Assembly (NCBI GenBank): GCA_028534125.1
Contig: CM052817.1
Location: 59,336,001 to 59,400,000 of the forward strand
Length of the DNA stretch: 64,000 nt
Direction of reading: 5' to 3'
DNA from: Lama glama
Lineage: Eukaryota
Shown here one piece after another: positions 1-13,412 of this stretch (position 1 is its first letter; each line of letters opens with the position of its first letter). The translations under genes and the position numbers were made by a program. The notes below the pieces were generated by a model. It saw only the letters and a list, made by a program, of their open reading frames with translations. It was not told where the DNA came from and ran no database searches.

Positions 1-390
1 ATCACTGAATTAGGAAAAAATATTTTTGATGCAGGATTTCTTTCTTCTTTGATTTAAACTTTATTTTTATATAAATAAACATCTGAGTATTATGACTAGG
101 TATCAGAGCATTTGTAATTCATACACCACAAAATACTTTTTTTATTGTTTTCTTCACCAAAAGTGACTGAGAAAAAGAGTTTTGTGTGTGCATGTATATG
201 AGTCTATATGTGTACATGAGTACATAAATACAAGTACATAAGTAAGAATAAAAGATTGGAGATCATAGATTATTTCAGCATAGCAGCCGTAGGTTTCTCC
301 ATGAGATGGCACTAACAGAATATTACTTCATTTTATTTTTTAATGTAGAGAAATTTATCGTTTTATGCAGCCTATAGGACTGACATTTAC

Positions 391-599
391 TTAGATTTTT
401 TTTTACACCAGTGAATTCACCTTTCCTCCTATAACTGTTGGAACGCTACATTGGTATGTCATCAGGGTCGTTTTCAAGGTACCATGGTCAATATCATGCT
501 CTTGTTCCCTTAGGCAACAGTTCTCAGATTTAGGCATTGTGGGCTACATTGAGCCACATGCAATCCAGTGGAATTCAGAAGGTCTGGAAGTTGAAAGAT
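391..599 (-). CDS. Candidate exon near the 3' end (a further acceptor at 312-313)
   Basis: catacacgcag acceptor; locally higher GC; donors after 421 (gtgaat) or 391 (gtaaat). Confidence 0.45.
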
Positions 600-1099
600 C
601 TGCGTGTATGATGAAAATGAGTATGATTTTTTATTAAAGGGAGGTGTAAAATCTTGAGGACAGAGAATGTGAACTTGCAAAAGGAGTTAAGCTGTATTTG
701 TTTTACAAAAGCAAAATAAACATTTAAGCCATTGTCCTATGAACAGCCATGTTTAAAGGCAGAACATTTTTTTAAATGGTTATAGTAAAACTAGGAATTA
801 TTTAATACTAAAAAGTAAATGAAAATAATTTTCCTAATCAATCCACCATGTAAACCATCACTGGAGTAATATATTGAATAAATATTTTGATCTTGATCTA
901 AGTCCTTATTATACAGAGATAGCTGAAAGATCTACTATCTTTTGGGTTATTTCTATGGTATCAAATGTAGAAGTTATGTTCTACTATCAATAGTGAATGA
1001 CATAACTGTGATAATTGAGGCAGTAATATATTTCCAAATGAATTTGGCATCTCACTAATTAAAATAGGGAAAAATAAATTCTTAATGTTAGGTGATATG

Positions 1100-4000
1100 T
1101 CTATATCCAAAAGCTAGTAATCACTTCTGTTTTTGGCCGTAAATGGGCAACAGAAACCAGATTAATCTTACTATCTTAAACAAGTTAAAAAATGGACAAA
1201 ATTGATGAAACAATGTTTTTCAAATTTGGGGCAACAAAATTAATCTCTGCAAGAACATAAGCAAATGAGATGAGTTATAGCTTGTTGCCTAGAGAGTCTC
1301 CAGGCAGCAGTGCAGGGAGGGGGAATCAACAAATTGTGGCAATCTCCCTAATTGCAGAAACAGAGTTTGGAGTTGGGGGTACCTAAGCAGGTGAAATTCA
1401 CAGGGCAGAGTACTGCGGAAGAGAGTTGCACACACAGGCACATGTGCGTGCGCACACACACACACACACACGCACAAATCAAAGAAACATAGAGGATCTC
1501 CCTCAAGCCTTCAGCTGAATTCTGATCAGTGTGTTCATGTGGGAAAATTCCCACATATAAATGTTAAAACCAGTGACTTAATTGTCTTATTTCAGAAATT
1601 AGAATAAGAAAAGCAAATTTAAAACAAAGTATGCAGAAGAAAATTAATAAGAGATAAGAGCAGGAATTAGGAAAAGAAATAACACAGAAATAGTAGAAAA
1701 AAATAAATGCAAGCAAAGCTAGTTCTTGGAATGACCATAGTGATCATTCTCTAGCCACACTGACCAAGAGAAAATAAAATTTACCAGTAACAAGAAAGAG
1801 AGAAGGGACATAAATGAACATCCTATATTTTACAGATATTGAGAGTTTAATTAGGAAATATTATTTAAAAGTTTAAGATAATAAATTCAACATTACCATA
1901 CAAGAAGCAATATGTGAAATGAGTAGCCCTATATCCACTGAAGAACTTACTTGTAGTTAAACATTTGTCCTTGATGAAAGTGCCAATTCCTGATGGTTTC
2001 ATAATTAACTTATTCAAAAATTTACTGGAGAAATATTATCAATTCTGCACATAATTTCATTCTGTGAGGCAAACATTTCCCTGATGCTAAAACCAAAAAA
2101 GACCTTCCAAGATAACTTCAGACCAGTATTTCTCATGAACACAGACATAAAAGTTCTTAACAAATTTTAATAAGTTGAATCTAATAGTATATGAAAATGA
2201 TAAAACATCAAGACTTTGTGCTATATTTACCCCAAAGAATTCAAAGCTGAAGTAACAATTGAAAATTAAGATAACTTAATATGTTGAAAATGTTTTAAAG
2301 TATGACTGTCCTAACCAGAGCAATAAGGGGTGGTGGGAGGCAAAGTGCAATCAGATGGCAGAAGAAGTACCAGTACCTCTAATCACAGAAACGTGATTAC
2401 CTATATAGAAAATCCTCAGGAATCTACGTAAAGATTCTAGGACTAATGAGTGAGTTTAGCAAGTTTACTGGGTACAAAATCAACATATAATAATTTATTC
2501 TATTTATTGATACTAGCAATGATCAGCTAGAAATAATATTTTAATTAATAGCAGCTATAATAGCATTAAAATATAGGTTTATGTATCTTTTTGAATTAAT
2601 TTTTATTTTGTTGTTTGGCTTTATTCCTTTGATAACTATGTAAGTTTACAAAGCTAAAGCTCTAAACATTCTCAGAAACAATGGACAGTACATACATGTA
2701 AATTAAAAAATATATGTGCAGTGAAAAAAAAAAAGAGCTATCAAGCCATGAAAGACACAGAAGAAACTTAAAAGATATATTCCTAAATTAAAGAAGCCAG
2801 TCTGAAGAAGCTAAAAATTGTACAATTATAACCAAATGACATTCTGAAAAAGGTACAGCTACAGAAAAAATAAAAAGATCATGGTTTCCAGGGGTTTGGG
2901 GAGAGGGAAGGAGAGAGGGATGAATAGATGGAGGGATTTTTAGGGCAATGAAATTATTCTGTATGATATTATAGTGATGGCTACATGTCATTATGCATTT
3001 GTCAAAACAAAGCCCATAGAATGTACAACATCAAGAGTGAACCCTAATGTGAACTATGGACATAGTTTGGTTGATAATAATGTGCCCATGTTGATTCATC
3101 AATTGTACCAAATATGCCACACTGATGAGGGGAGCTGAGGTAGGGGAGTATATATGTGTGGGTGGGGAGGGCTATTTGGGAACTCTGCATTGTCTGCTCA
3201 ATTCTGCTGTAAACCTGAAACTGCTCTAAAAAATAAAGTCTATTAAAAAAAGAAAAAGAAAAAAATAGCATTAAAACATAATACATTAAGAATTTATTTG
3301 ATAAAAGAATAAGTCCAACACATGGAAAATTACATTACTGAGAAAAATTAAAGATCTAAATAAGTGGAAAGATATACTATGTCCATGAATCAGAATAATC
3401 AGTATTATTAAAATATAAAATTTTCCCTGTATCACTCTATAGAGTCAACACAGTCACTATAAAACTCTCAGCAGATGACTATAGAAATTGATGAGTTTAT
3501 TCGATAGTATACATGGAAATAGAAAGGACCTATGACAGCCAAAGCAGTTGTGGAAAAGAACAAATCTGAAGGACATACACTATTTGATATCAACATATAT
3601 TAAAAAGGTTTAGTAGTGCAGACGGGATGCTATTGGTGTACAGAAAGGTATATAGACCAATGGGGCAAAATGGAGGGTTGGAAATATGCCTATACATACA
3701 GAGTCAATTGAGTTTCAACAAAGATACCACACAGATCACTGGGAAAGAATAATCTTTTTGACAAGTAATGCTAGAATAGTTGGATGGCTACACACACAAA
3801 TGAATAAATGAGTAAATAAATAAATATAAATGCATGCATAAAACAACATGAAGCCATTCCTCACATTACTTACAAAAATTAAATCAAAATGGATCATTGG
3901 CCTAAGCATTAGAGCTAAACCTCGAAAGCTTCTTAAGGAAGAAATATGAAAACAAGAATTTCTGAAGTAGCACAAAAAAAGCATAAAAAAGAAAAAAATC

Positions 4001-4100
4001 ACTAAATTTGACTTTACAAAATTCGAAAACTTCGCCACTAACTTTCTATTAAGAAAATAAAAGGGCAAACCAAACGCTGAGTGAAACATTACCTTACACA
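1100..4100 (+). mobile_element. Ancient L1 (L1M-type) remnants with a nested L1MC-like 3' end at ~2715-3265
   Basis: Degenerate ORF2-like A-rich sequence (tatatagaaaatcct, acatggaaatagaaaggacc); nested 3' UTR ending in an A-rich tail. Confidence 0.75.
1431..1476 (+). repeat. (CA)n-rich microsatellite
   Basis: Direct inspection. Confidence 0.85.
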
Positions 4101-4101
4101 C

Positions 4102-4646
4102 TGTGTGTAGGCTATTGTTGGGCCACACCCCACAGGCCTGGAAGCCTTGTGGTTGCCCAGCTGCGAGACCTGAGAGAACCCAGAGACAGCAACAGAAACA
4201 TCCGCAATTTACTGCACAGGGGATCTTACAAGTCAAAAGCAAAAGGTCCTCGAGCGACACCCTGCCTTATAAGACAGAGGCAGGCAGGACATGGCAGCAA
4301 CCTTCACTGCCAGGACGGGAAGGAGGTAACGGTTATAGGGATTGGCTGGTCAGTTACCAGGGAAACCGGCACAGGAGCACATCCCTTACAGCCCCTTGAG
4401 TTAAAAACTGTCAGGGGGACAGAGGTTTCCCTTAGATAACGTAGCAGGTGGAGCCGTTCTGGGCTAAGTATCAGAACAATCACCCCCTGGGGCAGGGGCC
4501 GAGCACGCAGGCAGTTATTGGTTAAGCTGTACAATTCAGAGGGAAGGTCAGTCCTGCGAGTAGGGCGCTGGTGGAGAAGGGCCTGGTGGAGCAGGGGATG
4601 TACACAAAATAAGAGAACCACCATCTTGGGTGGCCTGATCGTACAA
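4102..4646. mobile_element. Solo ERV LTR-like element
   Basis: GC-richer ~545 bp block, TG...CA ends, similar to the block at 4732-5242. Confidence 0.65.
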
Positions 4647-4731
4647 CTACATAAACAATTCTTACAACCTAACATAACATACGATTTCAACAGACACTTA
4701 ACCAAAGAAGCTATATTGATAACAATAAGCA

Positions 4732-5242
4732 TATGGAAGTAAGCGGTTGGGCTGTATGCCATAGGCCTGCAAGCCCCATGGTTGCCCAGCTTCGAGACTG
4801 AAGAGCCTGGAGATGGGGACGGAGACATTAGTGGTTTATTGGATAGGGAACCTTACAGGTCTGAAGTGAAAGTTCCTAGCGCTACACCCCGCTATACAGA
4901 GCAGAAGGCAAGCAGGACAGAGCACCAATCTTCACTAGTGGGGGAGAAGAAGCCTACCATTTACAGGGTAATCTGACCTCAGTTTGGCTCATCACTTACC
5001 AGGGAAACCAACACCTAGAGCAGGACTCTCACAGCCCCCCAGGTTAACAGCCAGCATGAAGGCAGATGTTTCCCTTCAATAAACTCGCAGGTGCAACCGT
5101 TCTGGCCTAAGGATGAGAACAATCACTAGCTGGGGCAGGGCGCACACACATTCATGTGCGTAGAATGCAGGTGAAGCAGGGACTGGTGAAGCAAGGGATG
5201 CACAAAGAGCAAGAAAAGAACTCTTGTGTGGACTGACCGTAC
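4732..5242. mobile_element. Second related solo LTR-like element
   Basis: Shares ggttgcccagct, ttaccagggaaacc, ccgttctgg..taag, ggggcaggg and terminal cgtaca with 4102-4646. Confidence 0.65.
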
Positions 5243-5306
5243 AGAAGCTAACATCGTTAGTTGTGATTTTATTAAATTAACATTTGCCAAACAGAGCTTC
5301 CTGGGA

Positions 5307-5790
5307 TGTTGGATTGTGAGTCCAGGTTCAATAAGACGGCAAGGGAATTGAAATAGAGAAGTTTATTACTCACGGGTCCTGGAGGAAGTACACAGCCCAC
5401 TTCAAGAGGCCAGAGCAGGAGGCAAGGCACCATGCAGGCAGAGAGAGCAGCAGGACCCGGGGCACCTGCCTTTATTAGGGTCTGTGGGTAGAGAGCTTTG
5501 GGGTTCCCCACTAAGACCAGATTGGTTAATTCACACCAAAAAGAGCAGCACTAGGTAAGCTTCAGGAAGTCTTATCTAAGAGGTGTACAAGGGGAAGTCC
5601 TGGGAGGTATGGGAGACGGTATCACAATGGCAGTTGTAAAAGTAATGTCAGGAATTTAAAAGTATTTGCTTGTGATTCTGCAAGCTGTTGCCTAGGGCAT
5701 GCATTTGCATCAGGGGACTAGTGTCAGTTTAAGGCCTCCACAGGCTCCTTGGTCAAACAAAATGGATGCTAAAGTAGCAATACCTTGAAA
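5307..5790. mobile_element. Third LTR-like insertion (different family)
   Basis: Starts tgttgg; tttatt motifs typical of an antisense LTR; interrupts the L1 remnant. Confidence 0.55.
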
Positions 5791-5972
5791 TAGTTTAGGT
5801 GAACTCTCAACCCTAGTCAATAGGGACATGCTAATTAAATGTTTCTTATACCCACTGGAATGACTAAACCAAGAAGTCTGACCATTTAAAGTGTTGACAA
5901 GCATGTGCAGTATCTGCTACTTTTATCCCTCTTGATGGGAATATAAAATCATACAACAGTGTTGGAGTATAG

Positions 5973-6423
5973 TAGGCACACCTCAGAGATGTTGCAGGCT
6001 GCATCCCAGACCACCACAATAAAGGGAATATTGCAGAAAGCAAGTCACACAAGTTTTTTGGTTTTTCAGTGAATATTAAAGTTATATTTATACTATACTA
6101 TAATCTACTAAGTGTGCAATAGCATTATGTCTAAAAAACCAATGTATATATCTTAATTTAAAAATATAAAACTATAAAATAATTACAGTAGTAACATCAA
6201 AGATCACTGATCATAAACCACCATAACAAATGTAATAATAATGAAAAACTTTGAAATACTGTGAGAATTACCAAAATGTGATATAAGACATGAAGTGAGC
6301 AAACGCTGTTGGAAAAATGGTGCCAGTAAACCTGCTCCATATGCACACAAACCTCCAATTGGTAAAAAACACAAAATCTGTGAAGTGCAGTAAAGCAAAG
6401 TGCAATAAAATAAGGTGTGCCTG
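5973..6423 (-). mobile_element. Internally deleted Tigger1 derivative (Tigger1a-like)
   Basis: Terminal inverted repeats taggcacacctc...ggtgtgcctg; both halves match the ends of the copy at 24272-26562. Confidence 0.85.
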
Positions 6424-7010
6424 ACTGTTTGGCAAATTCTTAAAAAGTTACACATGCAGTCAAAATGTGACCCAGCCATTTCATTCCTAAAGTTATTTCC
6501 CCTAAAGAGTTGAAAGTATATATCCATGCAAGTATTTGTACCTTAGTGTTCACAGTAGCTTTGTTTATAATGGTTTAAAAAAACATGAAAACAACCCAAA
6601 ATTCTGCCAATACATGAATGAATAAATAAATGTGGCATATTCATATAATAGAATACTACTCAGAAATTTAAAATTGAAATAAACAGTTAAAACATGTACC
6701 AACATGAATGAATATCGAAATAATTATTCTATGTGAAAAGAGTCAAACAAAATAAAATACATAATGTATGACTCTATTTATATCTAATTTTAGAAAATGC
6801 AAATTAATCTGCAGTGACAGAAAGATACCAGTGATTGCCTGGGTAAGATCAAGGAATATACTGCAAAGGGACTTGACCCTTTTGGGGAATGAAAATATCT
6901 ATTATAATTGTGATGAAATATAAATATACATATATATGTGTAAGCTCATCAAACATTAAGCTTTAAATATTTGCTTTATTGTACTACAATTATATTTCAA
7001 TCAAACCATA
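6424..7010 (+). mobile_element. Old L1 3' end (continuation of host L1)
   Basis: gacccagccatttcattcct, aatagaatactactcag motifs. Confidence 0.75.
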
Positions 7011-7094
7011 AACATAAGAAAGTAGCAATTATACAACCTTCTCACATTAATTGGTAAAATTCAAGCCACTACTTTTCTTAGCATTATAAAAACT

Positions 7095-7578
7095 GTCAAC
7101 TGAAATAAATGAGCAGCCTAAAAGTTGAGAGTTATGTTTTACTTGGCGGGAGGACTTGAGCCGGGATAACAGCCTCTCAGATGGCTTTGAGGGACTGCTC
7201 CGAAGAGGTAGGAGAGGGACTAGGATATTTAGGAGCTTTACGATAAAGACCAGGTAGTTGGAACAATAAAAGATTACTTGTTATCTAAAGACAACCAGAC
7301 ATCTCAAGTTAAATAATTTAGTGCTTTTCTATGTATGGGAGGAAGCAAACATTTGGGCTCACTGAATTCACTCCTTTGACAAGCACCTAGCTATCTAGGG
7401 CCAGTATCCTGACCTTTCTTATTCTGAGTCCCCTCAGAGTGCACCATTGTGAGTGGCTGCCAGAGGCTGGGCTGCAGGCTTGTCTTCACTGGGGTTGGGG
7501 GTGGGGGCAGCCGCTAATGACTTGATAGTTTCATCATTCTTTGTTTACTGATATGGTTTGCAATATTTTTCGTTCACA
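7095..7578. mobile_element. Solo ERV LTR
   Basis: tgtcaactga...ttcaca ends, ~480 bp, higher GC. Confidence 0.7.
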
Positions 7579-8339
7579 GAGCCCAGAAAGGATAATCAGG
7601 CAAATGAAAACGGAAAGTAAATTCAAGATAGCAGGTAGAATCTCCAGAGGTGTTCTATTTGCTCCCTTCTTTAAATTGCTATAAAATATTATTACAATCC
7701 CTATTTCATAACAGAGAGAACTGAGGCCAAATGAGCCATTGACTTGCTTCAGTTGTTCATCCAAGCCTACATGCGTAGAGACAAAAGATAAAACTTTAAC
7801 CCCTTTTGACCAATGCCCCCAAGTTATACTTTCCATTAAGCCATGTCACCAGTCACATAAAAAATACTATATTACTAAACTAACATATCACAAAAGGAAG
7901 TCTAAAACAGAAAGCCAATTTGAAGAAACAAAGAAGAAACCCTACTAGAAAAACTTACAACTCTGATGTGTGCAAAAACACTTCCATTTGCTCTTTTAAA
8001 GTTCTGATAACAAAAGGGAATCATTTGTTAGATTCAGTAAAGATTTTCCCATTTAACAAAGGAAAAAGTCTCTTTCAGTAGGTAACATCTGAATAACAAG
8101 GGAGAGAGAGACCCAGCAGGGAGTATCTTACAGTAAAGCACTCCAGGAAGAAGCAGCCACATGTGTGAAAGAACTGAGATTCAGAGGTCAAAGTTTGTTT
8201 GGCATGTTCTGTAACACGGAGGCTGGTGTGACCAGAATGAGATGGGTAGTAGGAATTAAAAATGGGTAGGATACGCAGTCAGAGAGGGAAGATAGCATCT
8301 AGATCATGAAAAGTTTGGTCAGAATTTGGATTTTTACAG

Positions 8340-8850
8340 AGAATAAATGCAGTTGGCATTCAAGCAATCTCTGCTCTAAATGTGACTAGAAAACTGATTA
8401 ACATAAGAGGACCCACTAACTGCAAATGGAGAAAGAAACTGTCTTTCTTGAAAAGATGTGACTCCCAGGACTGTGTTCCATTCAAGTCTTAACTACCTCC
8501 AAGGTCCAGGATACTATGTTTCAGACTGATTGCTGGTGGAAAATATCACCAACAAAAAGGAGATGGCTTTCATCTTCTGACTAGAGTAATGACTATTATT
8601 TAACAGTAGGTAATACTTGAAATTCCAAGGGGCATAGCTTAATTACCAGGATTACAGACTTAAGCTCTTGATCACAAATGACAACACACATAGTCTGGAA
8701 AGATGTATACTTCTATGTAAAAAAGGCTTTCGGCAACACCCCAAATTTACTTAATGTCTTCATTACTAATAGTAACAGACATCTTGAAGCAAAGTGCATC
8801 AGATAGTTTGCTAAAAAGGATACAGATGAAAACAACTTGAAAGTGATATA
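8340..8850 (+). mobile_element. Possible CR1/L3 reverse-transcriptase remnant
   Basis: ~8702-8743 translates DVYFYVKKAFGNTP, resembling the CR1 RT motif D.xYLDFxKAFDxVP. Confidence 0.4.
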
Positions 8851-9000
8851 AATAGAGGTACATGTATACATGAAGATGAACTCATGAGTCCCTAAAAAAT
8901 TAATGTATGTTTGTTATTATATATGTGAAATTAACAGATAGCTTGGTGAATTTTTTTTTCGTGGCTTTCACAATTACTTCTAAATTTGTTCATGTATTTC

Positions 9001-9109
9001 TAGGGTGACCCTCTCAGTTTGCCTGGGACTGTCCTGGTTTTAGCACTAAATTTCCAGTGTTCTGGGAAATAATTCACTTTAGCGCAAACCAGGATAGGTG
9101 GTCACCCTA
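9001..9109. mobile_element. MER94-like hAT MITE
   Basis: Inverted termini tagggtgacc...ggtcacccta; internal gtttgcctgggactgtcctggtttt. Confidence 0.75.
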
Positions 9110-9589
9110 TTTCTAGTAATCTTGAAAATGAGTGTGTGCTAGATGGTTATGAATCATCTTTTTCAGTCTTGTTCAAAAATAGCTTATTACAAAATAATAT
9201 GTAAATTCTCAGTAATTTATGATAAATGGAGCTGGTAAATCCACCACCCGATTAAAACATTTGCAATGATTACTCTCTTTAAAGCTCCCTGTATGCTTCC
9301 TGCCACTTTCCCATCCTCTAGCCTTGCTCAGAACTTACTGCTTAGATGAAAAATGTAATTACTTTTCTGCTTCCTTTTTAGTTTTATGACAAGTGTAAGT
9401 ATACTTAAAAACAATATATTTGAATTAGCATTGTTTAGGAACTTCATATAAATAGTATCATATTATACACAATTTTCTGGAACACATTTTTATTATTCAA
9501 TGTTACATTAAGGACTGTCATTCACTTTACCACATGATCATTCATGGTTTATTCATTGTTGTCATGGCATAAAAATGATAAGAAAATAA

Positions 9590-9815
9590 TAGCTAGTGTT
9601 CATATAATGCTTATTATGTTTCAGAAACTGTTTTAAGTTCTTTGTGTGTCCAAATTCTTTTATTTCTACAGAAACCATAACTAGTAGAAGCTCTCATTGT
9701 CAATATTTTATATGTGAGAAAACTGAGATACGGAGAATTAAAATAGTTACACAAAAATTAGTAGTAGACCAGGGATTCAAATCTATAAAGCATGACTTCA
9801 GAGGCTTCACATTTT
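9590..9815. mobile_element. MIR SINE
   Basis: attttatatgtgagaaaactgaga core, gggattcaaatct. Confidence 0.65.
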
Positions 9816-10163
9816 ACTGTATGAATGAATATATTACAGATATATCCATTACCTTCTCAATGAATATCTGAGTGGTTTCACACATTTTTCAAATTACCAA
9901 CAACAACTACAAACATTCTTATAACAGTTTTCCTCATTCAAGCAAGTAAAATATTCTGTATTGAAGCTTAACTTTTGAAATGTATGCCCCTTCAGAATGC
10001 TCTGAAATCAAGATCGTTTCTTTATAATTTTTAAAAATTTCACATAGTTTTTTCTTTGAGTCTAATTTTAGTACTTATTTGGCTTTTTTGGAGTGATTAT
10101 AAAAAGTTGAAAATTTCTTACAAAAAAGCTACATTAGGTTATTGTAACTAGTTATGCTTTTAC

Positions 10164-10380
10164 CTCTCAAGTATCTCTTTCTATAAACTAAACTTGTAAC
10201 TATTATTACATAGTAAAAAGATCGCCTTGGGTCCTCTTTCCACTCCTGAGGTGTTTCAATGATACCATGACGAATTCACTAAAATTTATGTCACAACTTA
10301 TATCCTGGTCATCACCGTCTTTCAGACTTTCAATAGACACCATGGGGAGGCCTTCCTAACAGTTCAGCTCATTCAGGCTC
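10164..10380 (-). CDS. Candidate exon, donor and frame uncertain
   Basis: cttctaatag acceptor; EPE*AELLGRPPHGVY*KSERR**PGYKL*HKF**IRHGIIETPQEWKEDPRRSFYY. Confidence 0.5.
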
Positions 10381-11329
10381 CTATTAGAAGTATCCTCATA
10401 TCAAATTTGCAAGAAATTGATAAAGGAAGTGTACTATGCTAGTTTTTACACATGAAAATCTGAGGCTCATAATTATTAGGTTATTTTCCCCATAACTTTT
10501 GGGTTTATAACTGAGTGCTTTATCTAATATATTTCACAATAACAGAATCCTCTAGTAAACTAAATCATTAGGAGGTTTGGAAAATGGCTCAAACATTTTG
10601 ATACATCTTGGAAGCAAATATCAAATTTGTTATAACATTTCTCTAATTCTCAACTTGACAGGAGGTAAAATAGAGTCTCAAATATAAAATGATAATTTGC
10701 TACTATTTTGCTTTAATAAAAATGAATAGAGAATTTTTTAATCTAGTATTATATAAAATGACATTCTCATTTTTTTAATAAAATATTATGTTTATAAATT
10801 ATGTGTTCATAAATTTTTGGAAGAAGTGGTAAGAGAGCCTACAATTCAGAGAAGTGAAATTTTCTTGTATTCTCCATCATTTTATACAATGAATTTATCT
10901 CCAACTTATCAGGAAAATATTCTTGTTCTAAGAACTCAAACTGCAAAAGAACATAATAGCATATTTTGATTCTCAGTTATTGCTTAATAAAACATTCTTT
11001 TTTAATTTAAATATTCTTTCTTTAGCCACGTATCTTTAAAAGTATACACACCCGCAATAAATTGTTTTAAGATGACCACAAAGGAAAGATTTCTTTGGAA
11101 TAAATTCTGTTCAAGATGTGAAATAACTAAGGTGCTGTTGAAAACAGAAATTAAAAATAGCTAAGAATATCTTTGTTTCAATTATGTTTGTTTTTATTAT
11201 TTTGGTTGGGATTTTATACAGTGATTAATAAGATTAGTAGAATTAATTGTTCTATTTGTAAAATTGACCTTAGCAGAAATGAACACTTAAAATATATAAA
11301 GGATTTCCCTGTTAGGGAAGACATCTTAC

Positions 11330-11418
11330 TACCCTGCATAAATGAAGTTCAGTATTGTTTTCCCATTATCACACAAACCAGCCCAAAATTTTCTCTACTG
11401 TCTGCAATCTATTCAGAG
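11330..11418 (-). CDS. Small candidate exon
   Basis: tactttag acceptor; LNRLQTVEKILGWFV**WENNTELHLCR; gtagta/gtaaga donor. Confidence 0.45.
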
Positions 11419-11586
11419 CTAAAGTAATCACATATAAGATGATAAACTTGCACCTTCAGGATTAAACTATGGTGCAATTCTTTTTTTGCACATTCCTTAT
11501 ATGATTATAGAGATAATAAAATGAAAAATAAAAGCACTACTTATTCAGAACCTAAGTAGCATGCCCCTTTCAGATATCTCACTCAC

Positions 11587-11637
11587 CTCACCTTGTTTAA
11601 TCTTTATAATATTTCTGCTTAAGATACTACTTGAATT
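11587..11637 (-). CDS. Small candidate exon
   Basis: tgcag|aattcaagt...caaggtgag|gtgagt (tandem donors). Confidence 0.45.
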
Positions 11638-11809
11638 CTGCATTGGATTGTTACACATACATCAAATAATGAATGTGAGGAAAGTATATGTGCTTTCATA
11701 CTTGCTCTAGTCCTTATGTTCTCCTTAGGAAACAGATACCTACCCTTTATTAGGCAATTACTTTTACCAAATATGTTTATATATATATATAATTATCATT
11801 ATCATTTTA

Positions 11810-12440
11810 TAAACATGGTTTCAAGGTCTTACAGGCTCTATTGTTACATTTTTATTTAATATTAAAAATAATGGGAAACTATGGAAGATTTTAAAAAAGG
11901 AAGCAACTAGTCATGGTAAAATAAATTTTAGGAAGTTTAATGGATGATAACTGAGGAGATGATTTAGGAAGTTATTGCAATAATGCAGGCCTGAGACAAT
12001 GGTGCTGTGAACTAGTATGGTAGCAGTGAAGATGGAGATATGTAAATAGAATACAGTCATATTTGAATTTAGAGTCACAAAGACTGGATGTGGAAGGGAA
12101 GGAGAGAAAATTTCAGATTTCAGATTTGGGAGTTAGGAATTTCAGATGTTTGTGGGACAGCCACATGGAATGTCAAATTTAAAATTGGGTATGTAAATCT
12201 AAGAGTGTCTTTGCCTGAAGGTAAAATTTTAGGGCCTTTTAAGCTCACAAATGATTTTTAAAATCACTAATAGTAAATGGAATCACCTAAAAGTAATTTG
12301 TGGAGAGAAAAAGGAAGAAAATACAGGACATAGCCCTAAGGCAATTTGATATAGGTAAGAAGAAACCAGTAAAGAAGACTGAGAAGAATCTGTCTGAAAG
12401 AGGAAATTTGGAAGAGTGGAGTGTCACTATGCTGGGTTAA
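11810..12440 (-). mobile_element. L2 LINE remnant
   Basis: gaagttattgcaataatgcaggcctgagacaatggtg...ggtagcagtgaagatggaga, typical of antisense L2. Confidence 0.7.
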
Positions 12441-12499
12441 TGAGGAAAATAGTTAAAGAAAAATCCAAGGCAGAGATTAAAAGAATGATTTAAAAAAAA

Positions 12500-12931
12500 A
12501 AAAAACTCTACTGAAAAAGTAACAATATTTGAGATACAAAGGGGATCCAAAAATACTATGAGACAGAAGAAAATCTGTCTCAGTGTTAAGGAGTAACAGA
12601 TGTCTGTACTATTATAGTAATTTGTTTCTCTCTGTTGTTGCAAGATATTATATCTAGAGAGTACATGGCCATCACAGAGAGCAGCACACTGCTACTGGAG
12701 ATGATGAGAGTTTACAGGAACATAACACACCTGCACTGCAGATCCAGGTAGGAGCAAAGGTTAAAGAAAGAAAACTGCTAATATTTTGTGGGTTTTTTTT
12801 TTCCTAGGTTGAATTAAGTACACTCTGTGTGACTACAGAACTACCTGTTTGATTTTTGCAAAAGTGTTTATCAAGTGTTTACTATAGTCATCTACTATTG
12901 GCTTAGTCTTTTGCACTGTGCTGTATAGAAC
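12500..12931 (-). CDS. One or two candidate exons, boundaries and frame unresolved
   Basis: Repeat-free and coding-like in two frames; acceptors near 12917-12927, donor gtagtt near 12844. Confidence 0.4.
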
Positions 12932-13206
12932 TTGAGGAAAAATACTTTTCAAAATCAGTATCCTCAGTCCCTAACTCTGTGTGGTTCATAGGATCATTCA
13001 TTAAATGTTTGTTAACTGAATGATACATGAAAGCACAACTGGGATATTTATCTTTTGTTTTAGCCCAAATGATTAGGTCAAGAAACAGCAGTGGTAATTT
13101 TAAGAACATTTATTTTAAATCTAGATAAGACAGATAATTCAAATACTTAGAACAATCTAAAAATGGAGAACTGCATATTTTATGATCATTTAAGTTTACT
13201 TCTTAC

Positions 13207-13312
13207 ATGATATTATTTCTGGTCTTTAATATTCTCAATGTGACATGACACAGTTTCTAGGCTTCAAAAAGTTAACGGGGTTTGAGAAGAAGAGTAGGTC
13301 TTATAAAAAGCA
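13207..13312 (-). CDS. Candidate exon, 106 nt, frame unresolved
   Basis: Strong ttttttcatgttcttag acceptor and gtaaga donor; stops in the frames examined. Confidence 0.5.
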
Positions 13313-13412
13313 CTAAGAACATGAAAAAATAAAGAATGAAGAGAAAATGTGTATGGGTTAATGTCTGATTAGATGCTATTAGAAGTTCATTAAGAAAATA
13401 TCTATTGATTCA

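Noticed and set aside
3736..4976. Cluster of 64-174 aa ORFs
   Set aside because: Chance ORFs across LTR and L1 remnants
10210..10355. EF-hand-like string DQDISCDINFSEFVM in an alternative minus-strand frame
   Set aside because: Single short motif lacking the loop Gly; the frame conflicts with the phase-0 donor of the preceding candidate exon; likely chance but not excluded
12645..12747. Plus-strand exon-like segment (caag|...cag|gtagga)
   Set aside because: No supporting chain of plus-strand exons; overlaps a minus-strand candidate exon
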